64,000 nt of DNA from Acidobacteriota bacterium (GTDB lineage: Bacteria > Acidobacteriota > UBA6911 > RPQK01 > JAJDTT01): positions 1 to 64,000 of the forward strand of contig CBDCJH010000001.1 in the NCBI GenBank assembly GCA_965217775.1, read 5' to 3'. The translations under genes and the position numbers were made by a program. Every line of letters begins with the position of its first letter. The stretch's first letter is position 1. Below, in pieces: positions 10,985 through 20,327 of this stretch. The notes under the pieces were generated by a model, which was given only the letters and a program-made list of their open reading frames with translations, was not told where the DNA came from and ran no database searches.

Positions 10985-11917
10985 TCAATCGTCGTCGGCC
11001 TGCTCCGCGAACTCGAGGACGATGGGCCAATGATCGGAGAGCTGGCGGCGGAAGCGTCTTTGGGCCGCGGGCGGCGGCGCGGCGATCCGAACCTGGGTGA
11101 CACCGGCGAATTCGTTCTCCCGCTGGGTCCTTGGGATGTAGCACCGGTCAAAGGGAAGATCGGCGATATGGGTGGATCGATCGGAATAATTCAAATCGAA
11201 AAGACCTCCCTTCCTCCGGTACACCCGGCCGGCTGGTTCAGTGCGCCGAAGCATGTTGAAGTCGCCGATGAGAATGATGTCCTGGTCCTGAAAATGATCT
11301 TGGATCTCCGATAACTCCCGGACCAGCGCCTCCGCTTCACTCCGCCTCTGCTTCACGGCCGCCTCATTTCGTCCCGCCTTCATGTGGATGGGAATCACCA
11401 CGAAATCGGTGCGGCCTCTTCCCCGGGTGAACTTCATGGCGTGGGGATGCCGGTCCCACTCGAAGAACCGGCGTGAGGTGACGTCGGTGACAGGCACCCG
11501 GAAACGCCGGCCCACGGCTCGAATGCGCCGACGGTTCCAGGCCAGACCCGTGTGTTGGGAGCTATGCCGGCGGATCCGTTTGGGGAACAACCGATACGTC
11601 CAGTCGTTGCCGTCACGACGATTCAGAAACCCGAAGGCCTCATCCAGTACCCGGTTCGTCGCCGTGCCGTCCCCGGCTTTGGTGTCGTCGATCTCGGAAA
11701 GGGCGAGCACGTCGAGCCGCAGAGCTTCGATCAGATCCGCCAGTTCCCGCGGCTTTCGAGCCACGCCGTAACCGTTGGAGGGAGACTTCCGCAGATAGTC
11801 GCGACTGTCGGGCGATCCCAGGGTCTCGATGTTCCAGGCGCCGACGCGGATTCTATCCTGGCCCAGGACCGAAGAAGCCGTAAAGGCCAGGAAACAGGCC
11901 ATCAACCACAGGTTCAT
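10985..11917 (-). CDS. Secreted endonuclease/exonuclease/phosphatase (DNase I-like)
   Basis: Signal peptide; GAWNIE, DVLALSEI, IHMKA, IGDFN, LSDHWPI. Confidence 0.85.
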   Translation of the reverse strand: MNLWLMACFLAFTASSVLGQDRIRVGAWNIETLGSPDSRDYLRKSPSNGYGVARKPRELADLIEALRLDVLALSEIDDTKAGDGTATNRVLDEAFGFLNRRDGNDWTYRLFPKRIRRHSSQHTGLAWNRRRIRAVGRRFRVPVTDVTSRRFFEWDRHPHAMKFTRGRGRTDFVVIPIHMKAGRNEAAVKQRRSEAEALVRELSEIQDHFQDQDIILIGDFNMLRRTEPAGRVYRRKGGLFDLNYSDRSTHIADLPFDRCYIPRTQRENEFAGVTQVRIAAPPPAAQRRFRRQLSDHWPIVLEFAEQADDD

Positions 11918-11999
11918 GGTGGAATCCTACACTCCACCTGTGGCGACAGCTCTGTGGCAGTCCAATGCCGGACCCATCCCCGGAATTCGGCGACACGAA

Positions 12000-12830
12000 C
12001 TAAGGGATTCGAGTTTCAGGGTGCTCCACCATGTACCGTCCCTGGCGAACCCCGAAATTCTCCTGAAGCTGAATCGAGAGTCCACCGTCGATGACCAGAG
12101 CGTGGCCGGTGATGAAGGAGGCTTCTTCCGAACACAGGAAGACCGCGCCCTGAGCAATATCCTCGGTGGTGCCCAAGCGCCGGAGGGGGTACTGATTCTC
12201 GAAGTAGGCGTGTCCGGATGGATTCTCGTCCCACATGGGCTGAAGTCGCTCCGTCACCATGTGACCGGGCAGAATCGAGTTGACGCGAATCCCGTCGGGG
12301 CCGTACTCGCAGGCCATCTGCCGAGTCATGCCGATGACTGCGGCTTTGGCGGTCTCATACACGAGAAAACCGGGAGCCGTCAGCAAGCCGTGGACCGAAG
12401 AGATGTTGACGATGCTCCCGGCGCCGCTCTTGATCATCTCGGGCATCGCAAGCTTGACCGCCCGGTAGATGGCCTTGACCATGACGTTCATGCCGGCGTC
12501 CCAGTCCGCTTCCGAAACCTGAACGGCTCCACCGGTCCCGGCGGTGGAAACGTCGAAGGCGTTGTTGACCAGGATGTCCAGCCTTCCCCATTCTCGAACT
12601 ACCCGCTCCACGGCCGCCTGCAGTTCTTCCCTTCGGCTGACGTCGGTCCGCAGCGCCAGCGCAGTATTGCCGGCCGCCTGAATCCTCCGGACGTTCCTGC
12701 GGGACCCTTCCAGATCGATGTCGGCGATCAGAACCGAGGCTCCCTCGGCGGCGATGCCCCGGGCAATGGCGCCTCCCAGACCCTGGGCGCCTCCGGTGAC
12801 GATGGCCACCTGATCCTGCAGTCTCGGCAT
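12000..12830 (-). CDS. Short-chain dehydrogenase/reductase
   Basis: TGGAQGLG, LVNNA, NISS, YETAK, IRVNSILPG. Confidence 0.93.
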   Translation of the reverse strand: MPRLQDQVAIVTGGAQGLGGAIARGIAAEGASVLIADIDLEGSRRNVRRIQAAGNTALALRTDVSRREELQAAVERVVREWGRLDILVNNAFDVSTAGTGGAVQVSEADWDAGMNVMVKAIYRAVKLAMPEMIKSGAGSIVNISSVHGLLTAPGFLVYETAKAAVIGMTRQMACEYGPDGIRVNSILPGHMVTERLQPMWDENPSGHAYFENQYPLRRLGTTEDIAQGAVFLCSEEASFITGHALVIDGGLSIQLQENFGVRQGRYMVEHPETRIP

Positions 12831-12861
12831 CTTCCGGTCCTCGATTCCTACCTCTCGCGAC

Positions 12862-13440
12862 TCACGAGGCGTCACCGATACTCGCGGCGCGCCGGCAGCA
12901 AAAGTCGAAGAGAAGTTCCCATTCCAGACGCTGGATCCGGCGACAGAGTGCCTCGCGGTCCGAGCGGCCTGAGACGCAGTCCTGGCACAGATCGACGAAG
13001 GCGTACGGGTCCCAACGCTCTCCGGAGGTCAGCCGTTCGGCATCGGCTCCGGAACCTGCCGTCAACCGGGCTGCGCTCCGAGCCAGGTCCGGAAAGACCG
13101 GGTGCTCCCCGGTCCGGCGAAACCAGTACTTGGCGTTGGGGTAGTCTCCCTCCCGCCGATGCATGATCCCGTGCCAGTAGCTTCCGGTAGCCGAGTGAAT
13201 CGTCTGGCTGACGGCGTGAGAGCGGTCCAGATGGTCATGGTGGAGCCAAAGACCGGCCAGACAGGCACGGGCCATTTCCCGGTCCACGAGAATCGTGTGG
13301 GCAAAAGCCTTGTCCGGCGTCACCGCATCCATCAAACCCCGGACCTTCGGGTCGGGCCGGCCCGGTCCCAACTCCGGAAGATGTCCCGGGTCCAGCAACG
13401 TGGCCAGAATCGGTCCGTAGTCGGCAGGGTGGAAGGTCAT
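12862..13440 (-). CDS. Conserved hypothetical protein
   Basis: AGLWL...SHAVSQ...SYWHGIMHRREGDYPNAKYWFRR, recognisable as a conserved uncharacterised family; sits between the AKR and SDR genes. Confidence 0.75.
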   Translation of the reverse strand: MTFHPADYGPILATLLDPGHLPELGPGRPDPKVRGLMDAVTPDKAFAHTILVDREMARACLAGLWLHHDHLDRSHAVSQTIHSATGSYWHGIMHRREGDYPNAKYWFRRTGEHPVFPDLARSAARLTAGSGADAERLTSGERWDPYAFVDLCQDCVSGRSDREALCRRIQRLEWELLFDFCCRRAASIGDAS

Positions 13441-13445
13441 GAGTT

Positions 13446-14378
13446 TCAGGTCAAACCCGGCCAGACCTCGCCCGACTTGGACTGTGCGGAGTGAAAGGCC
13501 CGGCGAATTTTTCGGACGACCGGATCGGCCAGCGGACCCTGACCGGCGGCCCGGAGATTGGCCCTGGCGTTGTGAATGCTGGTGGTGCCTGCGATGGCGC
13601 AATGAACTCCCGGCTGAGACAGGGTGAAGCGCAGCGCAATGCCGGGCCATACCCGAGCCGGATCGCCCTCGAATCCCAGATCGGCCAGCGTAAAACCCAT
13701 GGACTGCAAGCGTGCCATATAGGACCTGGCGTAATTCTGGTAAATGCCCCGCTGGGCCGACACGTCCTTCCACGCGGCGTTGGCCAGCGGCCGTTTCGCC
13801 AACACGCCCTGTCCCCCTTCCCGTGTGCGGGGAAGCACCGAATCGATATTGGACTGGTCACAGATGCTTACGGAGGTCTGGACCACCGCCACATCCGTCA
13901 GACCGGCGGCGTAGGCGGCGGCTTCGTTGTCCCCCGAATAGCCCACGAAGCGGAGCTTTCCCTGGTCCCGGGCCCGCACCAGGGCAGCCAGCGCGTCTCC
14001 TTTTTGCAGCACCGAAAGAGGGCAGGAGTGAAGCAGCATCACGTCGAGGCAATCCGTGCGGAGGCGCCTCAGAGCCCGGTCCACGGTGTTGGTCACGAGC
14101 CGGGGAGACCACTCACGTCCGGCGGCCCCCTCCACTTCGTGGCCGCACTTCGTAACCAGGGCATATTCGCCGCGCCGATGACTCACCGCCGCGCCGATGA
14201 GTCTCTCCGATCCAGGGTAGCAGGCCGCGGTATCGATCAGGTTCAACCCTTCGTCCAACAGCGTGTTGAGGAGGCGGGAAACGTCCTTGAGTTCCTCTCC
14301 CAGGAAACCGACCGGAGCTCCTCCGAAACCAAGCGGGGAGACCATAAGACCCGTGTTGCCAAAGGGATGGAGTTGCAT
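13446..14378 (-). CDS. Aldo/keto reductase
   Basis: GNTGLMVSPLGFG, IDTAACY, TKCG, LRTDCLDVMLLH, GKLRFVGYS. Confidence 0.92.
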   Translation of the reverse strand: MQLHPFGNTGLMVSPLGFGGAPVGFLGEELKDVSRLLNTLLDEGLNLIDTAACYPGSERLIGAAVSHRRGEYALVTKCGHEVEGAAGREWSPRLVTNTVDRALRRLRTDCLDVMLLHSCPLSVLQKGDALAALVRARDQGKLRFVGYSGDNEAAAYAAGLTDVAVVQTSVSICDQSNIDSVLPRTREGGQGVLAKRPLANAAWKDVSAQRGIYQNYARSYMARLQSMGFTLADLGFEGDPARVWPGIALRFTLSQPGVHCAIAGTTSIHNARANLRAAGQGPLADPVVRKIRRAFHSAQSKSGEVWPGLT

Positions 14379-14587
14379 GGCCGCGTTCCTTCGCTGCCGG
14401 CCCGGAGCCCCGAAACCCTTGGCGGCTCCACCAGCAAGCGGACCGATTCTATATGCGGCACCGTAAGCCAGGCAACAAAGAGGAGGGGTGAGACTCCAGG
14501 AATGGTGCTTCTGGGCTGTCAGCCGCGTGCGCACCGTCGCTCCGGTTTAATACAATGCGATGGAATCGCCCAGAAACCATCAGCCTC

Positions 14588-15382
14588 ATGCAAGCTTATC
14601 TGGATCTGCTCCGGCACATTTTCGAAGACGGCGTCGAGAAGAGCGACCGCACCGGGACCGGAACCCGGAGCGTCTTCGGGTATCAGATGCGCGTCGATCT
14701 GGCCGACGGCTTCCCGCTGCTCACCACCAAGAAGCTGCATCTCCGGTCGGTGATCCATGAGCTCCTCTGGTTTCTGGCGGGTGACACCAACATCGCCTAC
14801 CTGAATGAAAACGGGGTGAGCATCTGGGACGAGTGGGCCGACCGGGACGGGGATCTGGGTCCCATCTACGGCTACCAGTGGCGCTCCTGGCCGACTCCCG
14901 GCGGCCGCCACATCGACCAGATCACCGGCGTCATCGAGGCCATCCGCACGAATCCCGATTCGCGCCGCCATATCGTGAGTGCGTGGAACGTCGCCGACCT
15001 GGACCGGATGAACCTTCCGCCGTGTCACACGCTGTTCCAGTTCTACGTGGCCGAGGGCCAACTCTCCTGCCAGCTCTACCAGCGGAGCGCCGACGTCTTT
15101 CTGGGCGTCCCTTTCAACCTGGCCAGCTATGCCCTCCTGACCCGGATGATGGCTCAGGTCTGCGAACTGGAGCCGGGTGAATTCGTTCATACCTTCGGGG
15201 ATGCCCACCTCTATCTGAATCACCTGGAGCAGGCCCGCTTGCAACTCTCCCGGCGGCCCCGGCCACTGCCCCGCATCCTCCTGAACCCGCGGATCACTTC
15301 GCTTCTCGACTTCCGATACGAAGACTTCGTGCTGGAAGCCTACGATCCCCATCCCCACATCAGGGCCCCCATATCGGTATGA
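14588..15382 (+). CDS. thyA: Thymidylate synthase
   Basis: [48 protein letters not shown]. Confidence 0.98.
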   Translation: MQAYLDLLRHIFEDGVEKSDRTGTGTRSVFGYQMRVDLADGFPLLTTKKLHLRSVIHELLWFLAGDTNIAYLNENGVSIWDEWADRDGDLGPIYGYQWRSWPTPGGRHIDQITGVIEAIRTNPDSRRHIVSAWNVADLDRMNLPPCHTLFQFYVAEGQLSCQLYQRSADVFLGVPFNLASYALLTRMMAQVCELEPGEFVHTFGDAHLYLNHLEQARLQLSRRPRPLPRILLNPRITSLLDFRYEDFVLEAYDPHPHIRAPISV

Positions 15383-15888
15383 GGCTGTCCATCATCGCGG
15401 CCATGGCCCGAAACCGTGTGATCGGCCGCGACAATCGGTTGCCCTGGCGGCTCCCGGCTGATTGGCGGCGATTCAAGCGGCTGACCATGGGCCACCACCT
15501 GATCATGGGTAGAAAGACCTTCGAGTCCATCGGCAGGCCGTTGCCGGGCCGGATTTCCATCGTTCTCAGCGGACAGCGTTCCTATGCTCCCCCTGGAGTC
15601 CAAGTGGCTCCCTCCCTGGAAGACGCCCTTCTCCTGGCTCGTGGCGACGACGAGATCTTCGTCGGAGGCGGAGCCGGTGTCTACCGCCAGACCCTGGGCC
15701 GGGCCGACCGCATGTACCTGACCCTGCTTCCGCACGACTTCGAAGGCGACACCTACTTCCCTCGCTATGACGAGTCGCTCTGGGAGGTCCGCTGGAGGGA
15801 TGTCCATGAACCGGAGGAGACGGACCCCAACCGCTATACCTTTCTGACCCTGGACCGAATCCGAAGCGGGGGCATTCGACGATCATGA
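15379..15888 (+). CDS. folA: Dihydrofolate reductase
   Basis: [33 protein letters not shown]; ATGA overlap with thyA. Confidence 0.97.
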   Translation: MRLSIIAAMARNRVIGRDNRLPWRLPADWRRFKRLTMGHHLIMGRKTFESIGRPLPGRISIVLSGQRSYAPPGVQVAPSLEDALLLARGDDEIFVGGGAGVYRQTLGRADRMYLTLLPHDFEGDTYFPRYDESLWEVRWRDVHEPEETDPNRYTFLTLDRIRSGGIRRS

Positions 15889-16550
15889 AGCGAGAGCCCG
15901 AGCCGGAGCTGATGGAGGGGCAGGAACAGGCCCGGGCCTACGCCCACGCGGACTTCGAAGAACCGCACAGCCGTTTTCTGAGTCTCATGCAGGACACGTT
16001 CCAGGTCCGGGAAGTCGGACCCTGGCTGGTCGACCTGGGCTGCGGCGCCGCTGACATCAGCCTCCGGGTCGCCAGAGCCTTCCCGGACTGCCGGGTACAC
16101 GGCGTCGACGCCTCCCAGGCCATGCTCGACTACGGCCGGCAAGCCATCCAGGAGGCCGGCGTGGAGGATCGGGTAAAACTCCATTTGGGATATCTGCCGG
16201 GAGTCACCCTCCCCCGCCCCTCCTACGACACCATCGTCAGTAACAGCCTGCTCCACCATCTGCCCGACCCGCTGATCCTGTGGCGGGAAGTCCACCGCTG
16301 GTCCCGTCCCGGTAGCGGTGTCTTCATCATGGACCTTTTCCGGCCCGACGACCGCCGCCGCGCGCAAGAGTTGGTCCGGACCTACTGCGGCGACGAGCCG
16401 GAGATCCTCCAGCGGGACTTCTATCATTCGCTGTTGGCAGCCTATCGCCCCGACGAAGTTTCGGATCAGCTTCGGGAAGCGGACTTGGCACATCTGGAAG
16501 TGAGGACTGTGAGCGACCGGCACTTGCTGGTCTGCGGCCGCATCCCATGA
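15885..16550 (+). CDS. Class I SAM-dependent methyltransferase
   Basis: VDLGCGAAD, GVDASQAML, SNSLLHHL; ATGA overlap with folA. Confidence 0.9.
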   Translation: MKREPEPELMEGQEQARAYAHADFEEPHSRFLSLMQDTFQVREVGPWLVDLGCGAADISLRVARAFPDCRVHGVDASQAMLDYGRQAIQEAGVEDRVKLHLGYLPGVTLPRPSYDTIVSNSLLHHLPDPLILWREVHRWSRPGSGVFIMDLFRPDDRRRAQELVRTYCGDEPEILQRDFYHSLLAAYRPDEVSDQLREADLAHLEVRTVSDRHLLVCGRIP

Positions 16551-16728
16551 CTGGGTTAGGTGTTAATGCGTCTGGAATCCAACTGCTCTGCGAGTTGGTC
16601 GTAATAGTCGGCTACGAGACCGTTTCTCGACTCGATTTCGGTCTGCATCCGGGTGCGGATGTCACTGGGTTGGACGCGTTGGCCCCGGATGATGATCGGA
16701 ATCCAAGGGTCCCCCAGGAAATGTGCGA

Positions 16729-17397
16729 TCACTTGAGCGTCGCTGTTCTCAGCCGTGATGACCGGATGGAGTTCTTCCAGGGTGCCGACGATGAATCCAC
16801 GAGATCACTCACGCTGAGTTGATCGCCTTTGCAGTCGACGAAAACCGAGTAGGAGGGTTCGGGGCCGACGAGCCAGTCGTCGATTTCGGGGAAGGCCCGG
16901 ATGATGGTTTCCCACATCTGGTTGCGCACCTCGATCAGCCGGCGGTACTCCTCACTGTCGAGGGCCGGAATGCACAGGAGCCGGGCCTCGGGCACTTTAA
17001 CGCCGATGATATCGAAATGCTCCCCGAAGCTGGGCTGCAGAGCGGCTTGTACAAAGGAGGGGAAGACCCACGCCGGCAGGGTACCGATCGTCGTGATCCC
17101 TGAATTGGGATCGTCTTGGATCTCCGATCGGCGCCGGTTGACCGAAGACTGGTTCAAACGGCCAGCATCGTCCTGATCGCAAAAGAGTTCCTGTACGGAA
17201 AAGGTCTGGATTCAGTGCTGGACTTTCTTCTGCGCCCGCACGGTCGAGCACTCAAGAAGAAGTCCCAAAGTGACAATAATCCGCTCACGGGCCGCTTGCT
17301 CGTGCCCGTTCCGGGCCACTTCGAGGTCTCTCTTGTACTCCTCGTAAGTCGGACCCGTCCCGTACATCTCCCGCCTCTGTTCCACCTGCTTCCACAT
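16729..17397 (-). pseudogene. Fragmented ORF(s) of unknown function
   Basis: Short protein-like ORFs 17212-17397 and 16729-17157 on the same strand; no recognisable family. Confidence 0.3.
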
Positions 17398-17701
17398 TAA
17401 TCTGAATCACGATGAGCCGAGCTGCATTCGCCAGAACAGATCTGATCTCAGCGGTCCGGTAACGGATGCGTTTGTCTTTCGTGAGCGCAACCCAGCCCCT
17501 CTCTCCAACAAGGGCGATCCATTCTTCATCTGGTGCAGTATTTGGAAGGTAGTCGTCATGCACCTCGACTTTGATCCCCTCTCGACGAAGTCTGTCTGCA
17601 ATGATGTGTTTTCCCAGACTGCGGTCTGGAAAGAGGGTGGGCTCCTCACGCTGCCAGTGGGATCTCACATCGGATGGCTTCGTCGATTTCCGACTCTGCA
17701 C
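17285..17701 (-). CDS. PIN-domain toxin (VapC45-like), probably truncated at its 3' end
   Basis: DRSLG, APDEEWI, GWVALTKDKRIRY; similarity appears to end near 17398. Confidence 0.7.
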   Translation of the reverse strand: MQSRKSTKPSDVRSHWQREEPTLFPDRSLGKHIIADRLRREGIKVEVHDDYLPNTAPDEEWIALVGERGWVALTKDKRIRYRTAEIRSVLANAARLIVIQINVEAGGTEAGDVRDGSDLRGVQERPRSGPERARASGP

Positions 17702-18341
17702 GCTCGTAGTCTGCTGCTAACTGGCTTACTGATTCACCTGCCTTATAGCGCTCGGCAATAATTTGGGTGGCAAGGCCAGTTCCATCGATCACGGGGCGGC
17801 CGGCAGCCAGCCATGGGTCAATGACAATCGTGGTGGGTGCGTCGTGCACGTCAGTTCGGGTGAATGGATACAGCTTGATGGGTACCCTGTGGACGTCGCG
17901 AACGATCCGATGCAAGGTGGCTTCGAGGACTTCTCGCATAGCCAACTGACCCGACCGACTGATATTGACCAGGCGGCCATAGCGCTCGATGAACAGATCC
18001 AAGCCGTTTGTTTCCAGTTCGTGACTGATCAACGGATGACGTTGCGCCGTTACGGATGGATCAATCTCTTTCAAGTACCTGATAGCCTGGCGGACCTTTG
18101 GCATGGTTACACGATGCGTGCGTCTGATGGCCGCGAGAACGTGAAGCTCCACGAGGTTAATGAACGAGAGTAGTGTCGGTCGTGTCAGGGACCGCTCGGG
18201 AAGCTCAATGAGTGGCCTGTACGGGCGTCGACCCACTGACCAATACCGGATAGTCGCGGGCGGGACGGTGAGGTAGTGTGCTACCTCCGAAACCGTGTAA
18301 CCAGGGAGTTCACGGAGATCTTCTGTTACGCGATCGAACAT
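17646..18341 (-). CDS. HTH + DUF433 antitoxin (VapB45-like)
   Basis: YTVSEVAHYL..PPATIRYW, LSFINLVELHV, IDPWLAAGRPVI, IAERYKAGES. Confidence 0.88.
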   Translation of the reverse strand: MFDRVTEDLRELPGYTVSEVAHYLTVPPATIRYWSVGRRPYRPLIELPERSLTRPTLLSFINLVELHVLAAIRRTHRVTMPKVRQAIRYLKEIDPSVTAQRHPLISHELETNGLDLFIERYGRLVNISRSGQLAMREVLEATLHRIVRDVHRVPIKLYPFTRTDVHDAPTTIVIDPWLAAGRPVIDGTGLATQIIAERYKAGESVSQLAADYERAESEIDEAIRCEIPLAA

Positions 18342-18452
18342 CTGTTCTCCTCCTTGGTAAGGCAGCCAATTTCACGGAACTCACCTTGGCTCATATTTAG
18401 CTTACCTGAAGACCCCCACAAGCGAACAGTTCTTGGGTTATTACTGGAGAAG

Positions 18453-18498
18453 GTACAGCATGAGTCACCCCCCATGCTGTACAAGAGAGCCATCCTAC
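18453..18498 (+). other. Putative oriT (10-bp inverted repeat plus MOB-P-like nic sequence)
   Basis: GTACAGCATG-N10-CATGCTGTAC, then 8 nt later CATCCTAC, resembling the YATCCTG nic core; upstream of a mobC-like remnant. Confidence 0.5.
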
Positions 18499-18595
18499 TC
18501 TTTGGGGCCACGCTGAGGCGTGCCCCCGGCAGAGACTGGCCAGGAGGGCCAAGAGCCGCCCCCCTGGAACCCCCGGCCCGGAGGAACCCCCGCCG

Positions 18596-18676
18596 ATGAG
18601 CCCGCCGAGACGATCCGTCCGGATCAAGATCCGCGCCCGGTAGGAAGAGCGCGCCGAGTGGCACCGGAAGGCGCGG
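18596..18676 (+). pseudogene. MobC/ribbon-helix-helix relaxosome accessory protein remnant
   Basis: GGAGG RBS; MSPPRRSVRIKIRAR*EERAEWHRKAR with in-frame TAG at 18641; similarity lost afterwards. Confidence 0.5.
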
Positions 18677-18694
18677 GGGATCGAAAAGGGCGAA

Positions 18695-18714
18695 AAGGGG
18701 ACAGCCACGTTCTC
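18695..18714 (+). repeat. 20-bp motif, inverted partner of 25708-25727
   Basis: AAGGGGACAGCCACGTTCTC vs AAGGGGACAGTCACCTTCTC (18/20). Confidence 0.6.
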
Positions 18715-18848
18715 GCGCGTGTGTGCCATAAACAGTTGTCTGCTCGCACCAATGTTCAAGCTTCAGTCTGCCTTTCGCTCCAATCTTCGCCCCCCAGGGA
18801 ACCGCAGACAGCCTACCCCCCACGATGGCAGATGCCGCAACTTCGCCG

Positions 18849-20084
18849 TCAAGAGGCTATTCTCCAAGATGTGATCTGAATGCATGTCACGTCGTTGTTC
18901 TCGTCCCTTCCGTAGTAGGCGGTCAGGAGGGTGCCGTCATCCAACTGCGTGGTGGTCGGATATCCCAGATCTCTGTTCTTGAGATCATCCCGGAGTACAA
19001 TCTCACTCTCAATATTCCAGCTTCTACCGTCATCTGAGCTCAGGCAGGCCCGGATCCCAAAAGGCTCTCGCCGGTGGCCGTAGGTGGCCAGAAGTCTCCC
19101 ATCCTGGAGCTGCCGGAGATGGGCCGGATACCCCCACATCGGGGTCCTGGCCGGTGTGCTCCAGGTTTGCCCCAGATCGTGCGAATCGCTCTGGTAAAGC
19201 CATCCGGCCGGCCCGGTCCTGAGAAGAGCGATCATCCGACCGCTGGGCAGGTGTATCAGAGCCGGCTCGTTGTAGCCTATGCCATGAACCCCGTGTTCCC
19301 CGATCACGGACGGCTCACCCCAACTCCTCCCCCGATCACGAGATCGGAGGACATAGGCCGTCCAGGTCATCGCCGACTCCGAAGTCGATGGCCGATGGAA
19401 CTCCTCGTAGCAAGGCAGAAGCAGAGTTCCATCCGGCAGTTCGATGATCGCCCGGAGTTGACATCCTGCTTTGAAGGGGGAGACATCCACGCGGACCGGC
19501 TCCAACCAGGTGCGAGCATTGTCCAACGAGTGAAAAACATAGGTCATATCGTCGCTGTAGCCTGTCGCCCACTGATAAGGCTCCACCCGAGCCAAGCGAA
19601 CATCTGTTCTGCTGTCCACCGAGGCCGCCGGGGCAAAGGAACGGCGGAAGGCGTTGACCAGGATCTTTCCGTCGGAAAGCTGCGTGATACCCGGATCATC
19701 CATTCCGTAGTACTCATAGCCGCCGATGACTTCGGGATGCTCCGACCAGCTTTCACCCTGATCGCCGGAGCGAATGATCATGCCGTAGAAAGAGGGATCC
19801 GCGTGGGTCAATCGGGCGGTCCGGCGCATGGCTTCACAGAACGCAATCAGCATTTCTCCATCCCGGCACTTCAAGATGGTGGGCCATGCCGAGTATCCGT
19901 AAGGGTCCCAGAAGACAACTCTGTGCCTGAGGATGCCCGGGTAGGACTTGACCTCAGGAGGAGCAGGAGGCTTCGAAGGAGCCACTTCCGACGCTGCCGA
20001 CAGAGGGCGGACGCTCAGTGGCAGCGCTCCAAGGATGGCCAAGTGTTTCGCGAATTGCCGACGGGAGAAGTTCTTCCAGGTCAT
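18849..20084 (-). CDS. Sialidase-like BNR/Asp-box beta-propeller protein with Tat signal
   Basis: SRRQF; Asp boxes SGDQGESW, SLDNARTW, SRDRGRSW, SHDLGQTW, SSDDGRSW; DLGYP. Confidence 0.85.
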   Translation of the reverse strand: MTWKNFSRRQFAKHLAILGALPLSVRPLSAASEVAPSKPPAPPEVKSYPGILRHRVVFWDPYGYSAWPTILKCRDGEMLIAFCEAMRRTARLTHADPSFYGMIIRSGDQGESWSEHPEVIGGYEYYGMDDPGITQLSDGKILVNAFRRSFAPAASVDSRTDVRLARVEPYQWATGYSDDMTYVFHSLDNARTWLEPVRVDVSPFKAGCQLRAIIELPDGTLLLPCYEEFHRPSTSESAMTWTAYVLRSRDRGRSWGEPSVIGEHGVHGIGYNEPALIHLPSGRMIALLRTGPAGWLYQSDSHDLGQTWSTPARTPMWGYPAHLRQLQDGRLLATYGHRREPFGIRACLSSDDGRSWNIESEIVLRDDLKNRDLGYPTTTQLDDGTLLTAYYGRDENNDVTCIQITSWRIAS

Positions 20085-20327
20085 GGGAGCCCTCCGTGTT
20101 CGATCGAATCTCAGGCTGAAACTTCAACACGCAAGATACAGGAAACGAAGAGAAGAAGGTCGGATGTCCAGTGGGGAGTCGTTTGGGCTATTTCGAGGTC
20201 AGGGGCTGAGATCCGTCTTCTCCGAGGGTCTTTGGGGATTCGCAACGAGAATGGTGTGGGCTGTGAAACTCAAGTTTTCCTGAAGAAGAACCCCGGCAGG
20301 CCTCTTCCGAGGGCTGAGACTACGGCT

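Noticed and set aside
19074-20327. N-terminal 418 aa of the 1153-aa ORF
   Set aside because: Antisense shadow of the sialidase gene; a signal peptide marks the real start at 20328.
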